Shown in pieces: positions 7,755 through 16,120 of a DNA stretch of 64,000 nt. The notes under the pieces are model-generated. The model saw only the letters and a list, made by a program, of their open reading frames with translations. It did not search any database and was not told where the DNA came from. Positions within the stretch are counted from its first letter, which is position 1. The number at the start of each line of letters is the position of its first letter. Both the position numbers and the translations under genes were made by a program. The DNA comes from Ruminiclostridium sp. (lineage in GTDB: Bacteria; Bacillota; Clostridia; Oscillospirales; Ruminococcaceae), in the NCBI GenBank assembly GCA_045533495.1, contig JAZSHW010000132.1, positions 1,453 through 65,452 of the forward strand, given 5' to 3'.

Positions 7755-8064
7755 TAAACTGAAGACAAACTCACGCACCGCAAAAATACACAAAATTTTG
7801 CAGTAAAATTACAGATATACAAAAGTATCAATACAAAAGTTTAGGGGAGCCGTTTTCGGCTCCCCTAAAACATTTTTGCTTACTTCGTCAACCGCCCCTC
7901 AACTGTACCTTATGCGAACACTTTGCTGTGCGTCGTCCTGACGCACTTTGTGTGTTCACTTTACGGCATCCTTGCCGTTTGTACGCCTGTCGGGGCGGTT
8001 TCCTCGTCTGCATGCGTTTTTCTTCGTCTGCCAGCGTGCAGACAAAGACTTTGTCTACACGCTG
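7755..8064. mobile_element. 310-bp ORF-less repeat element, copy B
   Basis: Same orientation as copy A, about 92% identical, with an 87-nt identical core (7902-7988). The near-perfect 16-bp terminal hairpin lies at 8032-8064. Confidence 0.6.
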
Positions 8065-8104
8065 AAATCCCACATCCTTTCGGATGTGGGATTTATCTTT
8101 TTTT
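8065..8104. terminator. Hairpin plus T-run between the rhodanese side and the flotillin operon (right copy of the duplication)
   Basis: 13-bp stem aaatcccacatcc / ggatgtgggattt, then atcttttttt on the plus strand. The matching minus-strand U-run now lies left of the other copy (7723-7727). Confidence 0.6.
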
Positions 8105-8112
8105 ATTTAGAA

Positions 8113-9495
8113 TTACTTATCAAGAGATGCAGGAGCGTCAATCTTTTCGCCTAAAAACTTAGGTAATTCCATACCTGCCTGATTGAACATTTCTGCCATA
8201 GGAGGTACTGACTTCATCATACCGCTGATAAAATCTGCTGTAGCAGTCTTACCTTCACCGTTAGAACCGCCGTCCCATACAGTAACCTTGTCGATCTTGA
8301 TGTTCTTGATAGCTTCAACCTGAATACGCATAAGCTCTTCCATATTGTTTGCAAGGATAAGCTTGATTGCACTGTCTGCGTTGCCGCCGGCAGCAGTAAC
8401 GAGTTCTCTCATACCGTTTGCCTGCTTCATTAAGATTTCCTGAGCACCGAGAGCCTGAGCTTCCATCTTTGCATATAAAGCGTCAGCTTCACCCTTTGCG
8501 GTACGGCGAGCAACTTCAGCCTGTGCTTCCGCTTCGATGACTGCCTGTTCCTTAGCAATGTTAGCCTTAACGATAACGTCAGCCTGCTGAGTTGCAGTTT
8601 CGAGCTGTGCACGGGTTTCTTCTGCCATTTTCTGAGCTATGTAAGCTTCTTCCTTAGCCTTAGCCGCCTGAACAGCTTCTGCAGCTGTAGCGATACGCAT
8701 AGCTTCCGCTTCTTTTTCTCTTCTTAAAGCTTCTGACTGAGCAACTTCGATCTTGGATTCGTTTTCACCACGGATAGCAAGAGCGTTTGCAGCAGCAACC
8801 TGGATACGCTGGTCACGCTGAGCGTTAGCCTGACCGATTTCACCGTCTCTGTCCTGTTCAGCAACAGATTTCTTCGCATCGTTGATAGCCTTAGCAGCAG
8901 CTTCCTTACCAAGAGCCTCGATATATCCTGATTCATCGTTGATGTCGGTTACGTTTACGTTGATAAGTCTTAAACCGATCTTCTTAAGTTCGATTTCTAC
9001 GTTGTTGGAAACTGCAAGAAGGAACTTATCACGGTCGTTGTTGATTTCTTCGATTTCCATTGTAGCAACTACAAGACGGAGCTGACCGAATACGATATCC
9101 TTAGCAAGTTCCTGAATCTCGTTCATACGAAGACCTAAAAGTCTTTCTGCCGCATTCTGCATAACACCGGGTTCTGTTGAGATACCTACTGTAAATCTTG
9201 AAGGTACGTCAATACGGATGTTCTGCTTTGAAAGTGCGTTCTTAAGGTCAACGTTGATTGACATAGGTGTAAGGTCCATAAACTGATAGGACTGGATGAT
9301 AGGCATAATGAATGCCGCACCACCGTGGATACACTTAGCACTTCTTGCCTGACCGCTGGAGTCACTACCAACCTTACCGTAGATAACGAGTATCTTATCG
9401 GAAGGACACTTGCGGTAGCGGGAAAGAATTCCCATGAATAATGCGAAGAGTATGATTACACCTACGCAAATTCCAACTAAAATTTCTGGTGCCAT
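8113..9495 (-). CDS. Flotillin-like SPFH domain protein (FloT/YuaG type)
   Basis: 460 aa. N-terminal TM segment, SPFH/band-7 region, and a long Ala/Glu-rich coiled coil (AEAQAEVARR...). Confidence 0.88.
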   Translation of the reverse strand: MAPEILVGICVGVIILFALFMGILSRYRKCPSDKILVIYGKVGSDSSGQARSAKCIHGGAAFIMPIIQSYQFMDLTPMSINVDLKNALSKQNIRIDVPSRFTVGISTEPGVMQNAAERLLGLRMNEIQELAKDIVFGQLRLVVATMEIEEINNDRDKFLLAVSNNVEIELKKIGLRLINVNVTDINDESGYIEALGKEAAAKAINDAKKSVAEQDRDGEIGQANAQRDQRIQVAAANALAIRGENESKIEVAQSEALRREKEAEAMRIATAAEAVQAAKAKEEAYIAQKMAEETRAQLETATQQADVIVKANIAKEQAVIEAEAQAEVARRTAKGEADALYAKMEAQALGAQEILMKQANGMRELVTAAGGNADSAIKLILANNMEELMRIQVEAIKNIKIDKVTVWDGGSNGEGKTATADFISGMMKSVPPMAEMFNQAGMELPKFLGEKIDAPASLDK

Positions 9496-9525
9496 TTGTT
9501 ATTTCCTCCTGAAGAAAAAAGTTTG

Positions 9526-10179
9526 TTAATCATCTATTTCAACCACCACAGCATCGCCTCTGACGTCAATAATGCGTACAGAAGTATTTGTGGGGATTGT
9601 TTCTGCTTCGTCTGTTATTGCTGTAAATTCCTTGAATATTTCTCCTACAGCAACATTTACCTTACCCTGACCCTTGCCCTTGGCAGGAACAGGAATATAT
9701 ACAGTAGCCTTTGCACCTAAAAGGTTTCTGATATCAACAGTACCATTCTGTGCAAGTCTTCCTGTAAGCTGAATTATCTTTGCTACACCGACCATTGCAC
9801 CAAAGCCGAGTACAAGCGAAATAAGTATAGCAATAGCTATATGTAAGCCAAGAACTGTACATATAATGCCGCTCCAGCCAAATACACAAAGGAAGGTCAT
9901 AATTCCCTGTAACGTGAATATCTGCATTGCCCCCACGTCGTGAGCACAGCTGCCATCCATCATCTCACCATGAGATGCGTCAGGAAGGTCTGTTATATCA
10001 CCATCCATACCGGAAAGACCGCTTGTATCGCTGGGGTTCATATCTGCACCACCGCTGCAGTCATCGCCCATACCTACCATTATAAGTATAGTCTGGATGA
10101 TTATTACCAGTGTTGCAGGGATAGCAATACAATAAAATATCTGGAGTACAATTCCTAAAGAGTCCCACCATTCAAACAT
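9526..10179 (-). CDS. NfeD-like membrane protein (short form, C-terminal OB fold)
   Basis: 217 aa. TM helices plus a C-terminal beta-rich domain (GKVNVAVGEIFKEFTAITDE...VRIIDVRGDAVVVEIDD). Immediately upstream of flotillin, as in yuaF-yuaG. Confidence 0.75.
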   Translation of the reverse strand: MFEWWDSLGIVLQIFYCIAIPATLVIIIQTILIMVGMGDDCSGGADMNPSDTSGLSGMDGDITDLPDASHGEMMDGSCAHDVGAMQIFTLQGIMTFLCVFGWSGIICTVLGLHIAIAILISLVLGFGAMVGVAKIIQLTGRLAQNGTVDIRNLLGAKATVYIPVPAKGKGQGKVNVAVGEIFKEFTAITDEAETIPTNTSVRIIDVRGDAVVVEIDD

Positions 10180-10226
10180 AATAATTTTCCTTTCTTTTTT
10201 TAAGTGTTTAGTTAAAGTTTTTTAAA

Positions 10227-10823
10227 CTATCTTGCGTAATAACCCATTGTCAGCAGTATCAGGAAGTTTTCATCATCAAAGCTCCAGTTTTTATTTGTAT
10301 ATCTGAACTTGATCTCAAATCTGAAGGGTACTGATTTAAGTTCCCCCTGCTCTATTACCGAGTCGATATAATCCATCTGCTTTGTGAAGTCGTCCTTCAG
10401 CTCGCTGTTGACCTTGTATTCAATCGTCTGATTGAGCTTTTCAAGATTTACTGATGTAAATATACCTGAAACTGTTGCAATTCTGTTTTCCTCGTCTACC
10501 TGCTCCTCTATGCTGTCAAAGGTTACATATTCCTTAAAAAGCTTGTAAAGCGTTTCGGAATATCTTTCTGTCCACTCCATCTGAAACTCGGTATCGGTTT
10601 CAGAAAAGTATCTTTCTACACTATATGCTGAAAAACTTCTGCAATATGAAGCAACCTCGTCATATTCCTTATCTTCTACCAGATCCATAACCTTATAGAA
10701 GATCTCCTTGGGACTGAGCTTCTCTACGATTTCTTCTTCCTTATTGCATCCGATGAGCATAAGCGTGGTAAGAAGAAGCGTAACCGATAGCACCGTGCTT
10801 ATTATTCTTTTTATAATAGTCAA
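10227..10823 (-). CDS. Lipoprotein of unknown function
   Basis: 198 aa with signal peptide and lipobox (LMLIGCNKEE). First gene of the apparent lipoprotein-NfeD-flotillin operon. Confidence 0.6.
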   Translation of the reverse strand: MTIIKRIISTVLSVTLLLTTLMLIGCNKEEEIVEKLSPKEIFYKVMDLVEDKEYDEVASYCRSFSAYSVERYFSETDTEFQMEWTERYSETLYKLFKEYVTFDSIEEQVDEENRIATVSGIFTSVNLEKLNQTIEYKVNSELKDDFTKQMDYIDSVIEQGELKSVPFRFEIKFRYTNKNWSFDDENFLILLTMGYYAR

Positions 10824-10906
10824 TGTGACTTTCCTTTCGATTAAGGTTTGCTTAATATATTCTGCAAACCTGTGTGAAATTTAGATTGTAAATTTAATTT
10901 ACCTTA

Positions 10907-10934
10907 ATTATACCACTTTTGAACGAAATGTCAA
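10907..10934 (-). promoter_or_regulatory. Candidate sigma-A promoter for the lipoprotein-NfeD-flotillin operon
   Basis: Minus strand reads TTGACA, 16-nt spacer, TGgTATAAT (extended -10). Confidence 0.5.
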
Positions 10935-11053
10935 TACATAAAACCATAAAATCACAAATTCGTCACAATGCATAAATTTCAGATATTTTTTTGTGCATAA
11001 GGTAGAAAACAAGGGCTTTTATAGCATTTTAGCGTATTTTTTTAAAAAACATC

Positions 11054-11082
11054 TTGATTTTTAAATTACTTTCTGCTACACT
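11054..11082 (+). promoter_or_regulatory. Candidate sigma-A promoter for the XRE regulator gene
   Basis: TTGATT (11054-11059), 17-nt spacer, TACACT (11077-11082). Confidence 0.35.
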
Positions 11083-11212
11083 AAAATAACAAAAGGTAAT
11101 TATTATTTACCGATATGTAATTAACCTTAACGGAATTTAAATTTACTATTTCTATAACATTGTAACTTACATCCGCATGCAAAAACTATTAAATAATGAA
11201 AGGAAGAGTATT

Positions 11213-11731
11213 ATGAATTCAATCGAACTGGGAAAAAGAATAAAAGAAGCAAGAATAGCCCGTAAGATGACCCAGTCAGAGCTGGTGGGAGATTTCATTA
11301 CAAGAAATATGCTCAGCCGTATAGAAAGCGGTAATGCCTGCCCTTCTGTAAAGACGCTTGAGTATTTAGCGAACCGCCTCGAGCTTCCACCCGGCAGTCT
11401 TATGGACAATATGGACGAAGTACCACAGACAGATGGCAAGGATTACGAAACACTTATAATATGTAAGAAAAAGTACTTAGAAAAATCCTATAGCGAAGCC
11501 GGCGAGTTTGCAAAACAGCTCATTGACAGCGATTTTTCTGATGAAGGCTCAGCAATTCTTGCAAAGTGCTTTATGAATATGGCAAAATCCGCTGCCGAAA
11601 AGGGTGATAATTCAAATGCTGCAAAATATGCAAAATCAGCAATGGAATTCTCTGACGATGGCATTTACAAGTCAAGAGAAATAAGTATGGAGGCTATGCT
11701 TCTTTTAAAGGAGCTTGCAGATAAAAATTAA
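11213..11731 (+). CDS. XRE-family HTH regulator with helical (TPR-like) C-terminal domain
   Basis: HTH_3 signature (LGKRIKEARIARKMTQSELVGDFITRNMLSRIESG). ATG at 11213 with RBS aggaag. About 100-aa helical tail. Confidence 0.82.
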   Translation: MNSIELGKRIKEARIARKMTQSELVGDFITRNMLSRIESGNACPSVKTLEYLANRLELPPGSLMDNMDEVPQTDGKDYETLIICKKKYLEKSYSEAGEFAKQLIDSDFSDEGSAILAKCFMNMAKSAAEKGDNSNAAKYAKSAMEFSDDGIYKSREISMEAMLLLKELADKN

Positions 11732-11777
11732 AAAGCAAAACACCAAAACAGACATCTTAACAAACAAGGAGAAAATC

Positions 11778-12482
11778 ATGACAAAAAAGACAGATCTTAT
11801 AGTAAACCTCGCACTTATCCTACTTTTCTCGCTTATAACACTTATACCAGGTAATTTAGCCCGTATACCCGGAGTTATACCCGGGTACATAGCGTCTTTT
11901 CTGATTATTTCCACCCTTGCTGTTGCGATTTCTTCAGGTAAAAGCCTGTTATCCGTAATCACAGGAACGGGACGCACCGATAAAAGCCAGCAGTCCGAAT
12001 TTGCATCCGACAGGATTATACACAGGATATTCCTCGTTATAAAGGGCTTATCACCGATAAGATTTATAATTGCAGCGATTGTATTTTTCATTATAGAGTT
12101 TAGTATGGCCGTTCTGCTGAAGCAGACCTTGATTTCCTTCTCAGGTGCCCCATTCCTGCATTTCGGCATTTTTGTTGTCTGCAAGGGTATACAGTGGCTC
12201 ACGATTTATTTTATTCTTTCCTTCAAGAAGAAAACCGCTTCGGTTATCGGATATATCACAGCCTTTACCGCACCCGTTGTTGTCGAACTTATTACGTTAC
12301 TTCTTCAAAGGATTGCTATGGAAGCATATGACCCAATGACCCCATCTATTCTGGATATCCTCGCCTACGGCGGACTCTCAACAAATCATATTGTTTCAGC
12401 TGTACTGCATTGCTTACTAATCTTTGCCGTACCTGCTGCAATTGTTATTGCTGCTCATTTTGGAAGAAAAGATAAAAATTAA
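11778..12482 (+). CDS. Polytopic membrane protein, unknown function
   Basis: About 234 aa from ATG 11778 (RBS aaggag), with 6-7 hydrophobic segments. No recognisable motif. Confidence 0.6.
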   Translation: MTKKTDLIVNLALILLFSLITLIPGNLARIPGVIPGYIASFLIISTLAVAISSGKSLLSVITGTGRTDKSQQSEFASDRIIHRIFLVIKGLSPIRFIIAAIVFFIIEFSMAVLLKQTLISFSGAPFLHFGIFVVCKGIQWLTIYFILSFKKKTASVIGYITAFTAPVVVELITLLLQRIAMEAYDPMTPSILDILAYGGLSTNHIVSAVLHCLLIFAVPAAIVIAAHFGRKDKN

Positions 12483-12605
12483 AAATTTCAGAAAAAAACG
12501 GAACGAAATCATTTTTTTGTTGTTATATATAGTGTAGGACAGAACTTTTTAAGGCTCTGTTTTATAAAATATATTGATACTTAGGTAAACAGCAAAGGAG
12601 AAATT

Positions 12606-13257
12606 ATGAACGACACCACAACAAATGAAACAATAAGGTTATCCGAAAACAAGAAAAAAATCACCAAAAACCAAAATCGCCGTTGTAGCAGTAGCCTTAG
12701 CACTTGCCGCAACAGTCGCTACATTGCTATTTGTATTCTTAATGCCACCGCAGAAAACCAATGAGGAAAAGTATAATGATGCGAAATCTGCTTTATCATC
12801 CGGAGATTACGGAAAGGCATATAATCTTTTCAGAGAGACCAAGAGTTATGCCGACTCTTCCGATTTTCTTGAGGATTTTGAAGTAATCTGTGAAAAGAAA
12901 ATTACCACTCTTGATAATTTCAAAACCACAGAAACCTTCAACAAGGACGGTAAGCCTCTTGAAGTAATAACTGAAAAAGACAAGGAAATTACAAAAAAGG
13001 TTTACACCTATGATGAAAACAGCAATCCGCTGTCATATACAGTAACAAAAGACGGTATAGAGCTTGCAGGGTTTGAATGTAGTTACGATAAAGAGAGTGA
13101 TGGTTCAGTAAGTGATGAAGCGGATATCAGCACCGACACCTATACATACGACAGCTACGGCAATCTACTGTCCGAAACCTCTGAATATTCAGACAAAAAA
13201 ACAACGGCACGATACGAATATACAGGAATCACCGTTGTATATAACCCAAAAAAATAA
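12606..13257 (+). pseudogene. Membrane-anchored YD-repeat-like protein, reading frame broken at an A7 tract
   Basis: ATG 12606 (RBS aaggag) reads 18 codons into the A7 run at 12654-12660 and then stops at 12762. A +1 shift gives a TM anchor (KIAVVAVALALAATVATLLFVFL) continuous with the 12724-13257 ORF, which has YTYDxxxN / YTYDSYGNLL motifs. Confidence 0.6.
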
Positions 13258-13280
13258 TCAATATCAAAGGAGAAACAGAA

Positions 13281-13865
13281 ATGTCACAATACAATACATA
13301 CGGAGTCAAAAATAAAGGATTCGGAGATATTCTCCTGTCAGCAAAGCACAAAAGAGCCCATTGCAGAAGCTCACTTTTATGGTACTGGATATATATGATT
13401 ATCCTTGGCGGACTTCTCGTTCGTGCCATCGTGATGTTTACAGAATGGAATACCGTATCACAGCAGGCATGGGAATTAGCAAACACGTTTGGCGAAGGTA
13501 GTATATATTATGATACCATCTTGGGCTTTCTTGTGCCGACAGATGTGTTTATGTACACACAGCTTATAATTGCAATCCTATCTTCATTATTATGCTTCTT
13601 ATCACTGATAACATTAACCGAGCTTGGCTACAAGTACATACGCTTCTACCAGTATTTCTACCTTGGTTTTATAGTTATCGGACATATAATTGAAGTAGTC
13701 CTCAAATCAAACCTGACAGGATTGCCTGTAGCATCAGTATTTGGTGCTTTACTTTTCGGAATTGTGGTGGACTGCGCTATAGCTATTGCTCTTCTGATAT
13801 GGAACAAAAAATATTTTGAAGACAGAGAAACATTATTCGATGATGATGTAATGATCGTTCAGTAG
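13281..13865 (+). CDS. Membrane protein, unknown function
   Basis: 194 aa, RBS aaggag, about 4 TM segments. Confidence 0.6.
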   Translation: MSQYNTYGVKNKGFGDILLSAKHKRAHCRSSLLWYWIYMIILGGLLVRAIVMFTEWNTVSQQAWELANTFGEGSIYYDTILGFLVPTDVFMYTQLIIAILSSLLCFLSLITLTELGYKYIRFYQYFYLGFIVIGHIIEVVLKSNLTGLPVASVFGALLFGIVVDCAIAIALLIWNKKYFEDRETLFDDDVMIVQ

Positions 13866-13932
13866 GTGTGTTTACCACAGATACGGATAGATACAGCATC
13901 TACAACACAAACAGCATCAAAGGAGAAAGGAA

Positions 13933-14297
13933 ATGTATAACGCAATTATCAATTTGGTGATAATTACATTATACAAGAATACACGACGAAAAACCACTTA
14001 TCAAAAAGAAAAATTATAATCATATCAGTAATAGTAATTGCTGTAATATCCGTTATAATATCACTTGTTTTTTTACTACCGCTGACAAAAACCGATGAGG
14101 ATAAGTATAATGATGCGAAAACTGCTTTAACATCGGGCGACGATGCAAAAACAACAATCATCACTACCATGTACACCTATGACAGCTATGGTAATATGCT
14201 GTCCTCAAAAGATGTATATAATAATGGTGATATAACAGAATGCATCTTCGAATATATCGGTGTAAAAGTAATCTATCATTCTGATACAAAGGAATAA
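13933..14297 (+). pseudogene. Truncated, frameshifted paralog of 12606-13257
   Basis: ATG 13933 (RBS aaggagaaagg) stops at 14017. The frame entered after a -1 shift in a5-g-a5 (14003-14013) encodes a TM anchor plus TDEDKYNDAKTALTSGD...YTYDSYGNML. This matches both ends of the upstream paralog but lacks roughly 110 internal codons. Confidence 0.55.
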
Positions 14298-14315
14298 TCT
14301 ATTTAAACAACATAT

Positions 14316-14343
14316 AGCCCCCTCCGAGTAATCGGAGGGGGCT
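14316..14343. terminator. GC-rich hairpin between convergent genes (bidirectional terminator candidate)
   Basis: Perfect 12-bp stem agccccctccga / tcggagggggct with loop gtaa. Confidence 0.6.
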
Positions 14344-14358
14344 TAATCATATTCAATA

Positions 14359-15279
14359 TTACCAGGGCTTTACCGTACCCACGATATCAGAAAGCTTTTC
14401 GATCTTGTTTTCGATAAGGAACTTTTCGATACCCTCGCATACCTTGATAGGTGCGTAAGGATCACCGAAGATAGCAGTACCCATCTGAAGTGCAGATGCA
14501 CCTGCCATCATCATTTCGATAGCGTCCTCGGCTGTTGCGATACCACCCATACCGATTACGGGAATTTTAACGGCATTTGATACCTGCCATACCATTCTTA
14601 CTGCAACAGGGAAAATAGCAGGACCTGAAAGACCGCCTACATTGTTGTGGAGAATAGGTCTTCTTGTACGGATATCAATTCTCATACCAAGCAGAGTGTT
14701 TATCACGGATACGCTGTCTGCACCCTCTGCTTCTACCGCTCTTGCTATTTCTGTTATATCTGTTACATTGGGAGTAAGCTTTACGATAACAGGCTTCTTT
14801 GTGGCATTTCTTACTGCCTTTGTTACAGAAGCCGCACCCTCGCAGGTAACACCCCAGGTAGCACCGCCCTTCTTTACATTGGGACAGGAAATGTTAAGCT
14901 CTATCATATCAACATCTGTAGCGTCAAGCTTTTCTGCTACCTCTCTGTAATCGTCAATAGAAGCACCTGCAATATTGGCGATAACTACTGTATCCTGCTT
15001 TTTAAGCCTGGGGAGATAGTAGTTTATAAATCTGTCAATACCCGGATTCTGAAGTCCTACGGAATTAAGTATACCGCTGGGAGTTTCTGCAATTCGGGGA
15101 GGAATATTACCGTCCTTCGGGTTAAGTGTCGTACCCTTGCAGGAGATACCGCCAAGTGCAGATAAGGGATAGAGGTCTGTATAGTCTTCACCAAAACCAT
15201 AAGCACCTGATGCGGCAATTATGGGGTTTTTAAAAGTCTGTCCGCAGACATTTACCGAGATATCAGGCTTAAAACTCAT
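14359..15279 (-). CDS. pyrD: Dihydroorotate dehydrogenase B, catalytic subunit
   Basis: 306 aa. Class 1B DHODH signatures (GASGAYGFG-like N-terminus, NISCPN, GGI..AEDA). Confidence 0.93.
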   Translation of the reverse strand: MSFKPDISVNVCGQTFKNPIIAASGAYGFGEDYTDLYPLSALGGISCKGTTLNPKDGNIPPRIAETPSGILNSVGLQNPGIDRFINYYLPRLKKQDTVVIANIAGASIDDYREVAEKLDATDVDMIELNISCPNVKKGGATWGVTCEGAASVTKAVRNATKKPVIVKLTPNVTDITEIARAVEAEGADSVSVINTLLGMRIDIRTRRPILHNNVGGLSGPAIFPVAVRMVWQVSNAVKIPVIGMGGIATAEDAIEMMMAGASALQMGTAIFGDPYAPIKVCEGIEKFLIENKIEKLSDIVGTVKPW

Positions 15280-16049
15280 AATACTACCTCCTCACCCTTA
15301 AATACGGGGCCGTCCTTACATACTCTTAAAACAAATTCCTTGCCGCCTCTTACAACTGTGCAGGCACAAACAACACAGGCACCGACGCCACAGCCCATTC
15401 TCTGTTCAAGAGAAACCTCGCTTGCTACCCCTGCAGCCTTTGCAGCCTCAACAACTGCCTTTAACATAGGAGTAGGTCCGCAGGCATAAACCTGAGCTAT
15501 ATCGCCTTTTGCAAGCTCTTCTGTAAGGGGAGCAATTACTGTACCCTTTATACCTGTTGAGCCGTCATCTGTGCAAACGATAGTCTTTGCACCGGTAGAA
15601 GCATAATCCTTATCTAAAATCACTCTGTCAAAACTGCGGAAGCCTAAAATAGCTGTGCAGTTTTCTCCGTACTGCTTTGCAATATCAAGCATAGGAGGTG
15701 TACCTATGCCGCCACCGATCACGATTACTCTGCCTTCCTTCTTTGCAGGTACTGTAAAGCCCTTGCCAAGAGGAGCGATGACATCCATAAGATCTCCCTT
15801 GTTAAGCTCGGTTATCTTATCTGTACCCTTACCTCTCACCTCAAATACAAGGCGGATAGTTCCCTTTTCTTTATCTGTGCTGCAGATAGAAATAGGTCGG
15901 CGGAGAGTGTAGCCCTCTGCCTTTATCTGTACAAACTGACCGATACTTGCATTTTCGGCAACCTCAGGACAAAGGATGGTATAGGAATAAATATCCTCTG
16001 CCAGTGCTTTTTTCTCGATTATCGGGTATGAATTGCAAAAAAAGCTCAT
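15276..16049 (-). CDS. pyrK: Dihydroorotate dehydrogenase B, electron-transfer subunit
   Basis: 257 aa. FAD/NAD-binding fold (RRPISI) and C-terminal 2Fe-2S cysteines (CGVGACVVCAC). 4-nt overlap with pyrD. Confidence 0.9.
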   Translation of the reverse strand: MSFFCNSYPIIEKKALAEDIYSYTILCPEVAENASIGQFVQIKAEGYTLRRPISICSTDKEKGTIRLVFEVRGKGTDKITELNKGDLMDVIAPLGKGFTVPAKKEGRVIVIGGGIGTPPMLDIAKQYGENCTAILGFRSFDRVILDKDYASTGAKTIVCTDDGSTGIKGTVIAPLTEELAKGDIAQVYACGPTPMLKAVVEAAKAAGVASEVSLEQRMGCGVGACVVCACTVVRGGKEFVLRVCKDGPVFKGEEVVL

Positions 16050-16120
16050 TGTGATTTTCCTTTCATTTAAAGCATAAGCTACCGTAAGTATTCCCTGCGG
16101 CAGCTCTGTTATTACAGGAT

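Noticed and set aside
7888-8162. Three overlapping ORFs (61, 79 and 68 aa on both strands) inside and across repeat element copy B
   Set aside because: They start or end in the flanking duplicated hairpin and have no RBS. No equivalent ORF exists in copy A despite about 92% identity. Their composition (Arg/Cys-rich) looks like translated structured non-coding DNA.
11705-12202. 165-aa minus-strand ORF overlapping the XRE gene end and the membrane protein gene
   Set aside because: The plus-strand genes have good RBSs and coherent HTH or TM features. The minus ORF has neither.
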